From the NCBI GenBank assembly GCA_964424525.1, contig CAYRJG010000002.1, positions 1-35,993 of the forward strand: DNA of 35,993 nucleotides. The letters run 5' to 3'. Shown in pieces: positions 9,727 through 18,873 of the stretch. The notes beneath the pieces were generated by a model, which worked only from the letters and a program-made list of their open reading frames with translations, was not told the DNA's origin and did no database searches. A program made the position numbers and the translations under genes. This stretch comes from an uncultured Ruminococcus sp. Its GTDB lineage: Bacteria > Bacillota > Clostridia > Oscillospirales > CAG-272. Within the stretch, counting starts at the first letter, position 1, and every line of letters starts with the position of its first letter.

Positions 9727-9893
9727 TCGGTTGTTTTCGTTAATTTGCCTTGTTGCTTCTTGAAAGTTGCAGAAAAACTCCGTACAAATATATAAATACG
9801 AGCTTTTATGCACTTTCTCATTCGATACGGACTAAAATATTTGTGAAAAAGTGAGAAAAAACTAGTCAAAATATCCAAAAGTATAAAAAACTA

Positions 9894-9922
9894 TTGAAAT
9901 AAAAGGAAGTGAGTGTTATAAT
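9894..9922 (+). promoter_or_regulatory. Sigma-A-type promoter (TTGAAA, 17 nt spacer, TATAAT) for the giant secreted-protein operon
   Basis: TTGAAA at 9894-9899, a 17-nt spacer and TATAAT at 9917-9922, about 50 nt upstream of the ATG at 9971. Confidence 0.45.
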
Positions 9923-9970
9923 TATGTTACTTAAAATATATTTGAGGAGAAACATACAAAGGAGAACAAA

Positions 9971-12900
9971 ATGAAACACCTTAAGAAAATTCTCGTTGCA
10001 CTGATGGTGCTTTGTCTGCTTGTTTCTGCTGCCGTAATGGTAATATCGGCAGAGGGCGGCACTGTCAGTGGACTCCGTACGCTGTATGAGAGAGTAGAAA
10101 ACTACTCTGACGGCGTAGGTAAGTCGGAACAGCTCGCAAGAGCATACGCTTATCTTGCGGAAAATCCCATTGATCCCACGGAAGAGGGATATGCGGAGCT
10201 TCTTGCAGAGATGCAGACCAAGAGCGTTGAAGTTGCCGGTATGCTTTACACGGCAATCCCTACGGATCAAGCGGGTAACAAAACCGGATCGCCGCTTGAT
10301 TGGTTGACATCACTCAATGCGGTTTATGCACACTTTGAGGCTTGCCCTCCGGCAGATGATACCGCGGGTTACGCAGAGATGTTGGCACAGCTTGATCAGG
10401 ATAACGTGTCATCGATTGAAGAGTTACATAGACTTTCACTTGATGAAGCTACCACTGCCTTGATGGCGCGTCACTATCTCGTTTCTGCATTTGAACAGAT
10501 GGAATACAAGCCGCTTCCCGAGGCTAATGCGGATGTTGTTACCAACTGTAAAAATGCTGCATTTGCAAAAGCACAGGCTCTTTATGCAGAGTATGAGGCT
10601 GCAATTCCTGCGCCCGATGCAGAAGACACCGATGAAAACTATATGAAAAGAATCAATACTGCCGGCACGCTCGTTTATTTCCTTGGTGAGGTTGATCTTA
10701 CCGGAGTTGAAGGAGCTTCCGAGCTCACAGCGAAAGCAAATGCCGCTAAGAGAGATTCTGATGCTGATAGAGTTGAAAGAATGGAAAAGCTTGATTCGGT
10801 TGCGGACTTTGCTTCCTATGCATGGACCGAAAACAGCAAGTTCATAAATTTCGATGACGGTTCCAAGTTCACATCTCACAACCATAATGCTACTCACTAT
10901 AATGAGGTTCGTACCGATAGCACCGGAAATAAGTATTTTACTCTCGTTTTCGGTACGGAGGCCACTCACCTCTATACCGAGCCCACGGCAACAACAGACG
11001 AAATGGGTCTTGTTCGTAGCATGGATTTGATGTTCAGCAATGATTTTTATTCACTTCCTTTCCAGACTCACCAAAGCGGAAACGCTGATATACCCACTAT
11101 TTTCCAGTTCACCGGTGATAGAAAGGGTAGTATTAAACTTGAGGTAAAGCGCGGTACCACTTATAAGGGAGATACGGCTGCGCTTACAGATCTTGTTGTT
11201 CCTAACGTTTGGTTTAACCTTATTATGACCTTTAATCCCGAAACTCTTACCGGTGAGGTCTACATTAATTACGTTAAGGTTCTTGACGTTACTTATAAAG
11301 ATACTCACAAGTTCCTCGGTCTTCGTATGGGTGCAAATACTACAAACCAGGAAGTATCATTTGATAACTATCAGGAATATCAGGGAACGCAGTTCCGTAT
11401 TTTCGATAAGTTCGAGAAAATGAACGACGAAGAAAAGTTTAAGTTCTACGTTGATTACTTCACTGATGATAGTTACAATCCTACAAACCGCAATGCGGCA
11501 TACCTCAAGGCAAGAGAGCTTATATCCATCATTCCCGATACCGATGAGATACAGGAGTATAAGGAACGCTATGCTGCGTGCGACTACGAGGAAGATATCA
11601 GAAAACCCGCGATGGCGCTCAACCTTGAATCTATTAAAGAAATGGTTGCAGAGCTTCCCGCTATTGAGGATATCACATCCGAAACCAGAGTTGAAGTTGC
11701 AAATAAGCTTGATGAAATCGACAAGTTTATTGCAGATAACAACGAGCTTATAAACAGAGCGGATAATTCCGAAGGAGGATATCTTGAGCAGGTAGCAAAG
11801 CTTAATGCTGCAAGAGATGCAATTTCCAGAATTGTTGCTGCCGAGGATTTCGTTACCGCACTTTCCAAGTTCAAGAGAGCTACCAGTTATGCGTCTATGT
11901 CAAAGCATGCCGCAACCGCTGATGCTATTTATAAGGAAGCAGGATATTCAAAACAGGAAAACATTGATTTCGTTAAGAACGATCCTGTAATTCTTGCATT
12001 CGAGCTTACTCTTAACGGTGAAGAAATTCTTCCCGAGGATGAAGATAATTACGTTACTGCATTCGAGTATTACCTTACATTTGTTGATTCGATTGCAGAG
12101 CGTGTAAAATTTGAAAACTCCAAGAGAATTATCGATTGCGTTAATTTCATTACCTCGCTTGAGGGTTATGAAGCAACCGAGGAATTTTGGAGCGAAAATA
12201 TTGACTATATCTCCAAGTATGTTACTATAATACGCAATCTTGTTTACTCTCGTGATGTTGTTGTTGCTAACAACTTTGATCTTGAATATGAGGGCGTTGT
12301 TGAGGCACTTGAAACCTTCTACGCGATTGATGCATACTGCTATGAGGTTCTTCAGCAGGAGCATATAGCACTTCTCGAAGAACAGCTTGATGCATTCCTT
12401 ACAACCGATGCTTATATTGAGAGGGTTGGTATTTGTACTTATCTTGCAGGCTATATTGCGGAGAGCGAGCTTGTCGTTTACATTGAGTATAACGAGCAGA
12501 GCGAAGAGTATGAATTCATCTATAACACCGCTCTCGTTGATATTGTTGCAGCAGAGGTTGAGGATGAGGCTGATGAAATCAGAACCCTTATTTACCGCTA
12601 CTTGATGTATAACAGTGAGCTTGAGGCTCAGCAAGAGGATTATGCCGCAGTTCTTGAGGCTAATACAGCATACTTCATTGATACCGTTAAGGTTCTTACC
12701 TCGGTTACGTCTTATGCTGAAAAGAGAGAAATTGCAGATCTTGCTACTACTTATTACTATGGAATGAACGTTGACTCCGAAGATGCGGCTGAAGCTATTG
12801 CCGTTTATAACGAGATCGTAGCTGAACTTAATGATGACGAGTTCGTGGCAACCTCCTTCCTTCTTGCTACTATGGTTCTTGAGGTTCTTAATAGTTATGA

Positions 12901-13201
12901 AGATTATGAGGAAGAGATTCCCGAGGAAGAGAAGCTTACCGAGGCTGAAAGAAAAGATAGCCGCTATATGATTCTTGCTCTCGGCTCATATATCCGCGAA
13001 GCAGTTAATGTTCAGATACCCGGCGTTGAAGAGGCTGTTGAAATATTCGACGCTGAATTTACCGAATACGCACAACAAGTTGAAATGATTAATTCCGATA
13101 TCGAAGATGCAACCGGTGTTGCACTTGCAGCAAGAACAAATGTTCTCGGCTCCACTTCTCTCGCCGGTGTAGCAGCGATTATCGGTACAAGCGCTAATTA
13201 A
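9971..13201 (+). CDS. Large secreted protein of unknown function: signal peptide, LamG/ConA-like module and a long acidic helical region
   Basis: 1076 aa with an AAAGGAGA RBS and an N-terminal signal peptide (MKHLKKILVALMVLCLLVSAAVMVISA/EG). A beta-rich segment ends in VSFDNYQEYQG, resembling the LamG-like module of the next gene. The remainder is strongly E/D/A/Y-rich. I see no LPXTG, SLH or lipobox. Confidence 0.6.
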   Translation: MKHLKKILVALMVLCLLVSAAVMVISAEGGTVSGLRTLYERVENYSDGVGKSEQLARAYAYLAENPIDPTEEGYAELLAEMQTKSVEVAGMLYTAIPTDQAGNKTGSPLDWLTSLNAVYAHFEACPPADDTAGYAEMLAQLDQDNVSSIEELHRLSLDEATTALMARHYLVSAFEQMEYKPLPEANADVVTNCKNAAFAKAQALYAEYEAAIPAPDAEDTDENYMKRINTAGTLVYFLGEVDLTGVEGASELTAKANAAKRDSDADRVERMEKLDSVADFASYAWTENSKFINFDDGSKFTSHNHNATHYNEVRTDSTGNKYFTLVFGTEATHLYTEPTATTDEMGLVRSMDLMFSNDFYSLPFQTHQSGNADIPTIFQFTGDRKGSIKLEVKRGTTYKGDTAALTDLVVPNVWFNLIMTFNPETLTGEVYINYVKVLDVTYKDTHKFLGLRMGANTTNQEVSFDNYQEYQGTQFRIFDKFEKMNDEEKFKFYVDYFTDDSYNPTNRNAAYLKARELISIIPDTDEIQEYKERYAACDYEEDIRKPAMALNLESIKEMVAELPAIEDITSETRVEVANKLDEIDKFIADNNELINRADNSEGGYLEQVAKLNAARDAISRIVAAEDFVTALSKFKRATSYASMSKHAATADAIYKEAGYSKQENIDFVKNDPVILAFELTLNGEEILPEDEDNYVTAFEYYLTFVDSIAERVKFENSKRIIDCVNFITSLEGYEATEEFWSENIDYISKYVTIIRNLVYSRDVVVANNFDLEYEGVVEALETFYAIDAYCYEVLQQEHIALLEEQLDAFLTTDAYIERVGICTYLAGYIAESELVVYIEYNEQSEEYEFIYNTALVDIVAAEVEDEADEIRTLIYRYLMYNSELEAQQEDYAAVLEANTAYFIDTVKVLTSVTSYAEKREIADLATTYYYGMNVDSEDAAEAIAVYNEIVAELNDDEFVATSFLLATMVLEVLNSYEDYEEEIPEEEKLTEAERKDSRYMILALGSYIREAVNVQIPGVEEAVEIFDAEFTEYAQQVEMINSDIEDATGVALAARTNVLGSTSLAGVAAIIGTSAN

Positions 13202-13215
13202 GGGAGGTATATATA

Positions 13216-16200
13216 ATGAAGAAAAGTTTTTTAAGAATTATTTCTCTGCTTCTCACGATTGCCTCTCTTGTGTCGATGTTTGCAATCTTTGCATGGGCAG
13301 ATGATGAACAGAACAATGATGACATCATGACAGGCGAATCTGTGGAAAATGATGAATCCGAAGAGATTATCACAGAGGATATCTCGGGAATTGAAATCTT
13401 ATATGAGAGAGATTTCGAAGAGGGATGGGAAGTCGATAACGGCTTCACGCTTACTACCAACGGACATAAGATGTTCGTTGACTATGAAGAACTCAGCGAT
13501 TATTCCTACAACTACTTTGCACGTTTTGAAGCAACCGCAAATGTTTCTGAAGGTAAAGCGTCTTTGGCATTCGGTGCTCGCGTTGCAAGAGAAAAATCCA
13601 CCATCATCTCCTTCTCTGTGAAGGCAGATGATGCAGCGTCCTTCTCGTCTGCAATTATGTATATGCAGACAGGTGGTAAAGTTACCAGAAATATACTCTT
13701 TATCTCGGATAAAAAGCTCTATGCTTTCTCAGTTGGAAAGGATAATTTACTTGCAGACCTTTCCGATAACGAATGGGTAGATGTTACCATGGTATTTGAC
13801 TGGTCTACTCCCACATCTTACGTAGCAAGAGCTTACGTTGGCGAGGATTTTGATGTTGCGTCACCTGATGTATCTCTTACGCAGACTGTCGGTACTATGA
13901 CTGACGGTTCTCCGAAGACTGATACGGGTATTGCAACCTACACTATCTCTATTCCCAGTGCAGGAAACGATAAGTCAGCTAAGGTTCAGGACGGTATGAG
14001 CTTCTGCCTTGATAATCTTCAGGTTTATCAGGGTGTTGCAAATCCCGTTGACCGCGAAGTTATTGCGGAAAAAGGTCCCGGTCTTAACATAGACCCGCTT
14101 GTTGCCAAGACTGTTGAAATTAAAGAAGGATCGGGCACAAAGACCGCAGAACAGCTTCTTAAAGAGGCTCTTTGCTTGAAGCTCGGTGTTCCTTACGCAC
14201 TTTTCAAGGATGAGAGAATTTCTATTGCGGATGATCAGCTTTCTGATAAAGATAAGTATTGCGTTCCTACAAAGATAAATGGCGAGATCGTTGTATCTCT
14301 TCAGCTTATTCTTGATTTTATCGGATATCCTTGTTTCATCCACCCCGACGGACAGTCATTTGATATCACTACCGGTCTTAGCTCGACCTACATCACGGTC
14401 GGCAGAGATACCGCAAACGTTAATGGCGAGCTCGTAGATCTTACACTTGCTCCCGGTTATCTTGAAGGTACCGATAAGCTCGTTATCGCTATGAACGATA
14501 TTCCCACTATATTCTCCGGTTGGCTTGTTACCTACGACGAAATGGGTCTTATCATAATGTATGAAGATACCACAGATGGCGAAGGCGGAGAGCTTATAAC
14601 CAGAGAGAATGATCTTGACACCATGCTTACCATGATGAAGAGATTCGTATTTGACACTATTACTACCGACGAGGACGGTAATGATCTTGCCGCAAACGAA
14701 GCTTACACTGCAAACGGTAAGGAAGTTTACAATGCTGTTCTTTCCAATACCAATTTCAGTCATCCTTACATTTACGCAAATCAGAATGATTTTGATACAC
14801 TTAAGGATAGCTTCGGTGGTGAGGATGCAAAGCTTAATTCTTATATCCAGACTATCGTAGATACCGCAAAGGGTTATTACGATGATATGGCAGAACTTGA
14901 CGGTGATAATAATTACAGCCAGATCAAGGAGGGTAAGGAGCCCGTTAACGTTTACAATGACGGTCTTCGTCCTACCGGTCCTAATGATACTACTGTAAAT
15001 GATACCGAAAATGCTTATAGTGACAGAGGTGACCTCTTCGAGGTTGAGGCTGTTACCGAAAAGCTTGTTTACCTTGCGTTTGCATACCAAGTAACCGGTG
15101 ATGTTAATTATGCAAAACTTGCATACGATATGTCACTTGTAATCGGTGATTGGCTCCACTGGGGTCCCGGTTATATGGTTAACTGTGCTACTGCAACCGC
15201 TAATTTCGCAGTTGCCTATGACTGGCTTTACAACATCTATTTTGAGCTTTACGGTCAGGATGGAGTAGATGCTCTTGCAGCTATCATTTACAATAAGGGT
15301 ATTATCCACGGTTACAACGCTTCCGCAGGAATCGCTTGCGAATTCGCAAGACCTTCCGGAACGGGTGATCACTATATCACTCGTACAGACAGCTGGAACG
15401 CAACTTGTGCTTCCGGTATGATTATCGGTTCTCTTGCTATCATGGAAAATGAGCAGTACAGAGAAACCACAGATTACCTTATTGGTAACAACCTTATTAA
15501 CCTTATGAACTACGGTCTTGATCAGTATGCTCCCGACGGTTCTTATATTGAATCTGCTACCTATTGGTCAATCGGAACAAATGGCTTGATGAAGCTCATT
15601 ATGGCTCTTGATTCTGCAGCAGGCAAGGACTTTGGTCTTAAGGATACTTGGGGTATCGATTCTACCTTCTACTATGCAATCCAGATTGAGAATTCCGACG
15701 GTGACGAATGGAATTATCACGAGGACGGCGTAGGTAGCATCAAGGACGGTACTGCTCTTGGAGTAGATACCCAGATGTTCAACTTTGCAGGATATATCTT
15801 TGGTGATACCAAACTCTTTGAGGTGCGCGAGGCGCAGATTGAAAAGGGCAAGGCTGTATCCATATTCGATATTCTCTTCTATCCCGGTGAGTATGAGCCT
15901 TCCGATGTAGAGCTTGCGCTTGACTACGAGATGCAGGGAATCGACGGATTCGTTTCCAGATCCGACTGGGAAGAAGGCGGACTCTATGTAGGTATTATGG
16001 GTGGTGTTAACGCATACTCGCCTTATACCACTAAGGACACCGGTGACGATCAGTTTGGTCAGCTTGACTCCGGTAATTTTGTATACGCTAACAATGGTAC
16101 TACTTGGTTTATGGATCTTGGTAGTGACAACTACGGTGCATATAACTATTTCGGAAGCTATAGATTCCGTTATTACAGAAATAGTGCGGAAGGTCAGAAC

Positions 16201-17127
16201 GTTCTGTTCTTTACCTCTCAGCAGACAGCTCTTCCCAACGGTATGGATCCCAATGGCGAAGGTAAGCTTATTGAGTCTTATATCGATGAGGGCGGAGAAG
16301 GAAGCTACGCTATTATAGACAACTCGAATGTTTATGGCTCTTATGTTCTCTCCGCAAAGCGCGGTATGCTTCTCTTCAATGATAGAAGCACAGTAGTTAT
16401 TCAGGACGAAATTTCTATGAATAACTCCTTCGAGGACGTTGTATGGGTAGCACACACTGCTCATAGAATCGTTATCGATGCTACCGGAAGAACTGCTTAC
16501 CTTATCAGTGAAGACCAGTGGGGCTTCCCGATCAGCACTCTTCGTGTTACTCTTGTTTCTGCTTTGAGCTCTTTGAAGTTTGAGGCACTTGATGCAACCA
16601 CTCCTATTCTTAAGGACACTGTTAAAAATGATTCTAACGAAATCGCACGTGACGGTATCAATAAGCTCGTAGTACGCGCTAACGGTGTGCTTGGTCTTAA
16701 TATGGCGGTTGTTATCGAAGAGGTCGAGAATGAGCAGGATTCCAAGGCGGTTGCTTACGAGTGGACCAATATGGATAACTGGGTAAATGTATTCTCTGCT
16801 GAAATCGTTGATGACGGTCTTGTAAGACGTGGCAAGGCAGTAAGAGCTGATATAGTTGACGAAACTCTTACCGCAGAGGTTATTTTCGATTCGGATTATT
16901 CATTTGAGAAGAGTTGCCAGGATTTCTACACCAGCCTTACAAATGTTGCTTATACTCTTAAGACCTTCAGCCCCGATACTTTCGGTCCTACCGACCTTGC
17001 TCTTCTTGAGGCTTATGAGGATTTCCAGGAGTATGAGGAAGAATTCGATGCTTACGCAGATTACGTAAACGAATGCATGGATGACGTGCTTAAGGCGATG
17101 AATGTATTCGTAGGTATTGAAGACTAA
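13216..17127 (+). CDS. Large secreted multidomain protein: LamG-like, copper-amine-oxidase-N-like and heparinase II/III-like (alpha/alpha toroid plus beta-sandwich) domains, with an acidic C-terminal tail
   Basis: 1303 aa with a GGGAGG RBS and a signal peptide ending FAWA/DD. The LamG-like module ends in FCLDNLQVYQG. A repeated NGE(I/L)V pattern (PTKINGEIVV ... ANVNGELVDL) looks like a Cu_amine_oxidN1-type domain. The motifs LAFAYQVTGDVNYAKLAYD, DWLHWGPGY, WNATCASG and YAPDGSYIESATYW, then GQLDSGNFVY...WFMDLGSDNYG, resemble heparinase II/III / alginate-lyase-like proteins. Confidence 0.6.
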   Translation: MKKSFLRIISLLLTIASLVSMFAIFAWADDEQNNDDIMTGESVENDESEEIITEDISGIEILYERDFEEGWEVDNGFTLTTNGHKMFVDYEELSDYSYNYFARFEATANVSEGKASLAFGARVAREKSTIISFSVKADDAASFSSAIMYMQTGGKVTRNILFISDKKLYAFSVGKDNLLADLSDNEWVDVTMVFDWSTPTSYVARAYVGEDFDVASPDVSLTQTVGTMTDGSPKTDTGIATYTISIPSAGNDKSAKVQDGMSFCLDNLQVYQGVANPVDREVIAEKGPGLNIDPLVAKTVEIKEGSGTKTAEQLLKEALCLKLGVPYALFKDERISIADDQLSDKDKYCVPTKINGEIVVSLQLILDFIGYPCFIHPDGQSFDITTGLSSTYITVGRDTANVNGELVDLTLAPGYLEGTDKLVIAMNDIPTIFSGWLVTYDEMGLIIMYEDTTDGEGGELITRENDLDTMLTMMKRFVFDTITTDEDGNDLAANEAYTANGKEVYNAVLSNTNFSHPYIYANQNDFDTLKDSFGGEDAKLNSYIQTIVDTAKGYYDDMAELDGDNNYSQIKEGKEPVNVYNDGLRPTGPNDTTVNDTENAYSDRGDLFEVEAVTEKLVYLAFAYQVTGDVNYAKLAYDMSLVIGDWLHWGPGYMVNCATATANFAVAYDWLYNIYFELYGQDGVDALAAIIYNKGIIHGYNASAGIACEFARPSGTGDHYITRTDSWNATCASGMIIGSLAIMENEQYRETTDYLIGNNLINLMNYGLDQYAPDGSYIESATYWSIGTNGLMKLIMALDSAAGKDFGLKDTWGIDSTFYYAIQIENSDGDEWNYHEDGVGSIKDGTALGVDTQMFNFAGYIFGDTKLFEVREAQIEKGKAVSIFDILFYPGEYEPSDVELALDYEMQGIDGFVSRSDWEEGGLYVGIMGGVNAYSPYTTKDTGDDQFGQLDSGNFVYANNGTTWFMDLGSDNYGAYNYFGSYRFRYYRNSAEGQNVLFFTSQQTALPNGMDPNGEGKLIESYIDEGGEGSYAIIDNSNVYGSYVLSAKRGMLLFNDRSTVVIQDEISMNNSFEDVVWVAHTAHRIVIDATGRTAYLISEDQWGFPISTLRVTLVSALSSLKFEALDATTPILKDTVKNDSNEIARDGINKLVVRANGVLGLNMAVVIEEVENEQDSKAVAYEWTNMDNWVNVFSAEIVDDGLVRRGKAVRADIVDETLTAEVIFDSDYSFEKSCQDFYTSLTNVAYTLKTFSPDTFGPTDLALLEAYEDFQEYEEEFDAYADYVNECMDDVLKAMNVFVGIED

Positions 17128-17159
17128 AAATTAATTCTCCGATTTTAATCGGAATACGT

Positions 17160-17192
17160 GGCGCCCGATCTTTGGATCGGGCGCCTTTTTTG
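17160..17192 (+). terminator. Rho-independent terminator of the secreted-protein operon
   Basis: 11-bp GC-rich stem GGCGCCCGATC / GATCGGGCGCC with a 4-nt loop, followed by TTTTTT. Confidence 0.85.
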
Positions 17193-17230
17193 TTGTGGTT
17201 TTAAAAACTGATTTGTTGAATTTATAGAAT

Positions 17231-17269
17231 AAAATAAAAAAGCGGGACAGAGTTTTAAACTCTGTCCCG
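17231..17269 (-). terminator. Rho-independent terminator of kdgK
   Basis: Stem CGGGACAGAGTT / AACTCTGTCCCG, with a T-run on the minus strand (the complement of AAAATAAAAAAG). Confidence 0.8.
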
Positions 17270-17316
17270 TGTGCGATTATTCGCGTTTTGTTATTGAAAA
17301 TTATGATTATTTTCTA

Positions 17317-18336
17317 TTATCTCTGGATTCTACCGGTGCCGTTTCCACCTGCAAGAGCCTTAACCTCATCAACAGAAACCATGTTGTAGTCACCTTCAAT
17401 AGAGTGCTTGAGGCAGGAGGCTGCTACTGCAAATTCAACTGCATCCTGAGTGGAGTATCCCATAAGAGAAGCATAGATAAGACCACCGCCGAAGCTGTCA
17501 CCGCCGCCTACACGGTCAACAATGTGCATATGGTAGGACTTTGAGAAGCAGTATTCCTTACCATCGTAAAGGAGAGCTGCCCAGTCATTATCGTTTGCGC
17601 TGATAGAGGAACGAAGGGTGATAGCAACCTTCTCAAATCCGAATTTTTCTGCAAGCTGACGAGCAACAGACTTGTAACCCTCGTGATTGAGCTTTCCGCC
17701 TGCGATATCGGTGTTTTCAGCATCGATTCCAAATACGTCGTGAGCATCCTCTTCGTTGGAAATGCAAACGTCAACGTACTTGCAAAGCTCGGTCATGGTC
17801 TTGCGAGCTTCTTCTCTGGACCAAAGCTTTTTTCTGAAGTTGAGGTCGCAGGAGATCTTAACACCCTTTGCCTTTGCTACCTTACAAGCATCAAGGCAGA
17901 TGCCTGCAACAGTGGGGTTGAGGGCGGGAGTGATACCTGTGAAATGGAACCAATCAACGTCGGTAAAAATCTTATCCCAATCAAAATCTTCGGGGCTTGC
18001 CATAGCAATAGCAGAATAAGCGCGGTCATAAATAACCTTGGAAGGTCTTTGAGATGCGCCCTTCTCGTTGAAGTATATACCAACTCTGTCACCACCGCGA
18101 ACGATCTTAGAGGTATCAACTCCGTATCTGCGAAGAGAATTAACTGCACTCTGACCGATCTCGTGCTTGGGGAGCTTGGTAACGAATGCTGAATCAATGC
18201 CGTAATTAGCAAGAGAAACAGAAACGTTTGCTTCGCCGCCGCCGTAAACTACACCGAATTTATCTGCCTGCGTAAAACGAAGGTATCCTTCGGGGGCAAG
18301 GCGGAGCATAATTTCGCCAAAAGTAACAACTTTCAT
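17317..18336 (-). CDS. kdgK: 2-dehydro-3-deoxygluconokinase (PfkB family sugar kinase)
   Basis: 339 aa. The N-terminus VVTFGEIMLRLAPEGYLRF...GGGEANVSVSL and the C-terminal PfkB signature DRVGGGDSFGGGLIY are typical of KdgK. Confidence 0.8.
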   Translation of the reverse strand: MKVVTFGEIMLRLAPEGYLRFTQADKFGVVYGGGEANVSVSLANYGIDSAFVTKLPKHEIGQSAVNSLRRYGVDTSKIVRGGDRVGIYFNEKGASQRPSKVIYDRAYSAIAMASPEDFDWDKIFTDVDWFHFTGITPALNPTVAGICLDACKVAKAKGVKISCDLNFRKKLWSREEARKTMTELCKYVDVCISNEEDAHDVFGIDAENTDIAGGKLNHEGYKSVARQLAEKFGFEKVAITLRSSISANDNDWAALLYDGKEYCFSKSYHMHIVDRVGGGDSFGGGLIYASLMGYSTQDAVEFAVAASCLKHSIEGDYNMVSVDEVKALAGGNGTGRIQR

Positions 18337-18423
18337 AGTATGAAAATTCCTTTCAAAAATATTTAATTATTTTAATTTGTGATGCATATAATTAACTGTA
18401 CTCCCAATGGAGTGGACGAGTTA

Positions 18424-18666
18424 TCACTCGCCGCGAAGCTCTAAAATGCAAGCCTTACAAAGCTTTTTTCCTTTAAAGCTTTCAATGCTTTCGGAGCTGC
18501 CGCAGAATATGCAGTGCGCGGCAAACTTGGTCAAAATAATGTTTGCTCCGTCAACATATATCTCAACGGGATCGCCGCATTTCATATCCATTCTTGTTCT
18601 CATGGATTTCGGAATAACGATTCTGCCAAGCTCATCGATGTTACGTACTATACCGGTAGCTTTCAT
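18424..18666 (-). CDS. AbrB/SpoVT-family transition-state regulator with a C-terminal CxxC...CxxC motif
   Basis: 80 aa starting at MKATGIVRNIDELGRIVIPKSMR (swapped-hairpin AbrB fold signature), with an AAAGGAA RBS before this ATG. The longer 134-aa ORF in the track has an implausible hydrophobic leader. The C-terminus contains CIFCG...CKAC. Confidence 0.85.
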   Translation of the reverse strand: MKATGIVRNIDELGRIVIPKSMRTRMDMKCGDPVEIYVDGANIILTKFAAHCIFCGSSESIESFKGKKLCKACILELRGE

Positions 18667-18873
18667 TGTGGCGTTCCTTTCTGAGTTTGATTTTGAAGAT
18701 GCAATATTATATAAACAAAAACATCCTAGGATAATTTTATCATATAGAGCTAAAAAAGTCAAGGATAATAACCAAAATATTACAATTATTAGCAGTTTAA
18801 ATATGGATTTATTTATGTTGTAAAACAAAAAAGAATGAGGTGCTTACTCTCAATAAATAAAGGAGATATAAAT

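Noticed and set aside
18667-18828. The N-terminal extension that makes the AbrB-like ORF 134 aa.
   Set aside because: The extension is hydrophobic and low-complexity and has no RBS. The internal ATG at 18666 has a good RBS and gives the canonical MK(A/S)TGIVR AbrB N-terminus.
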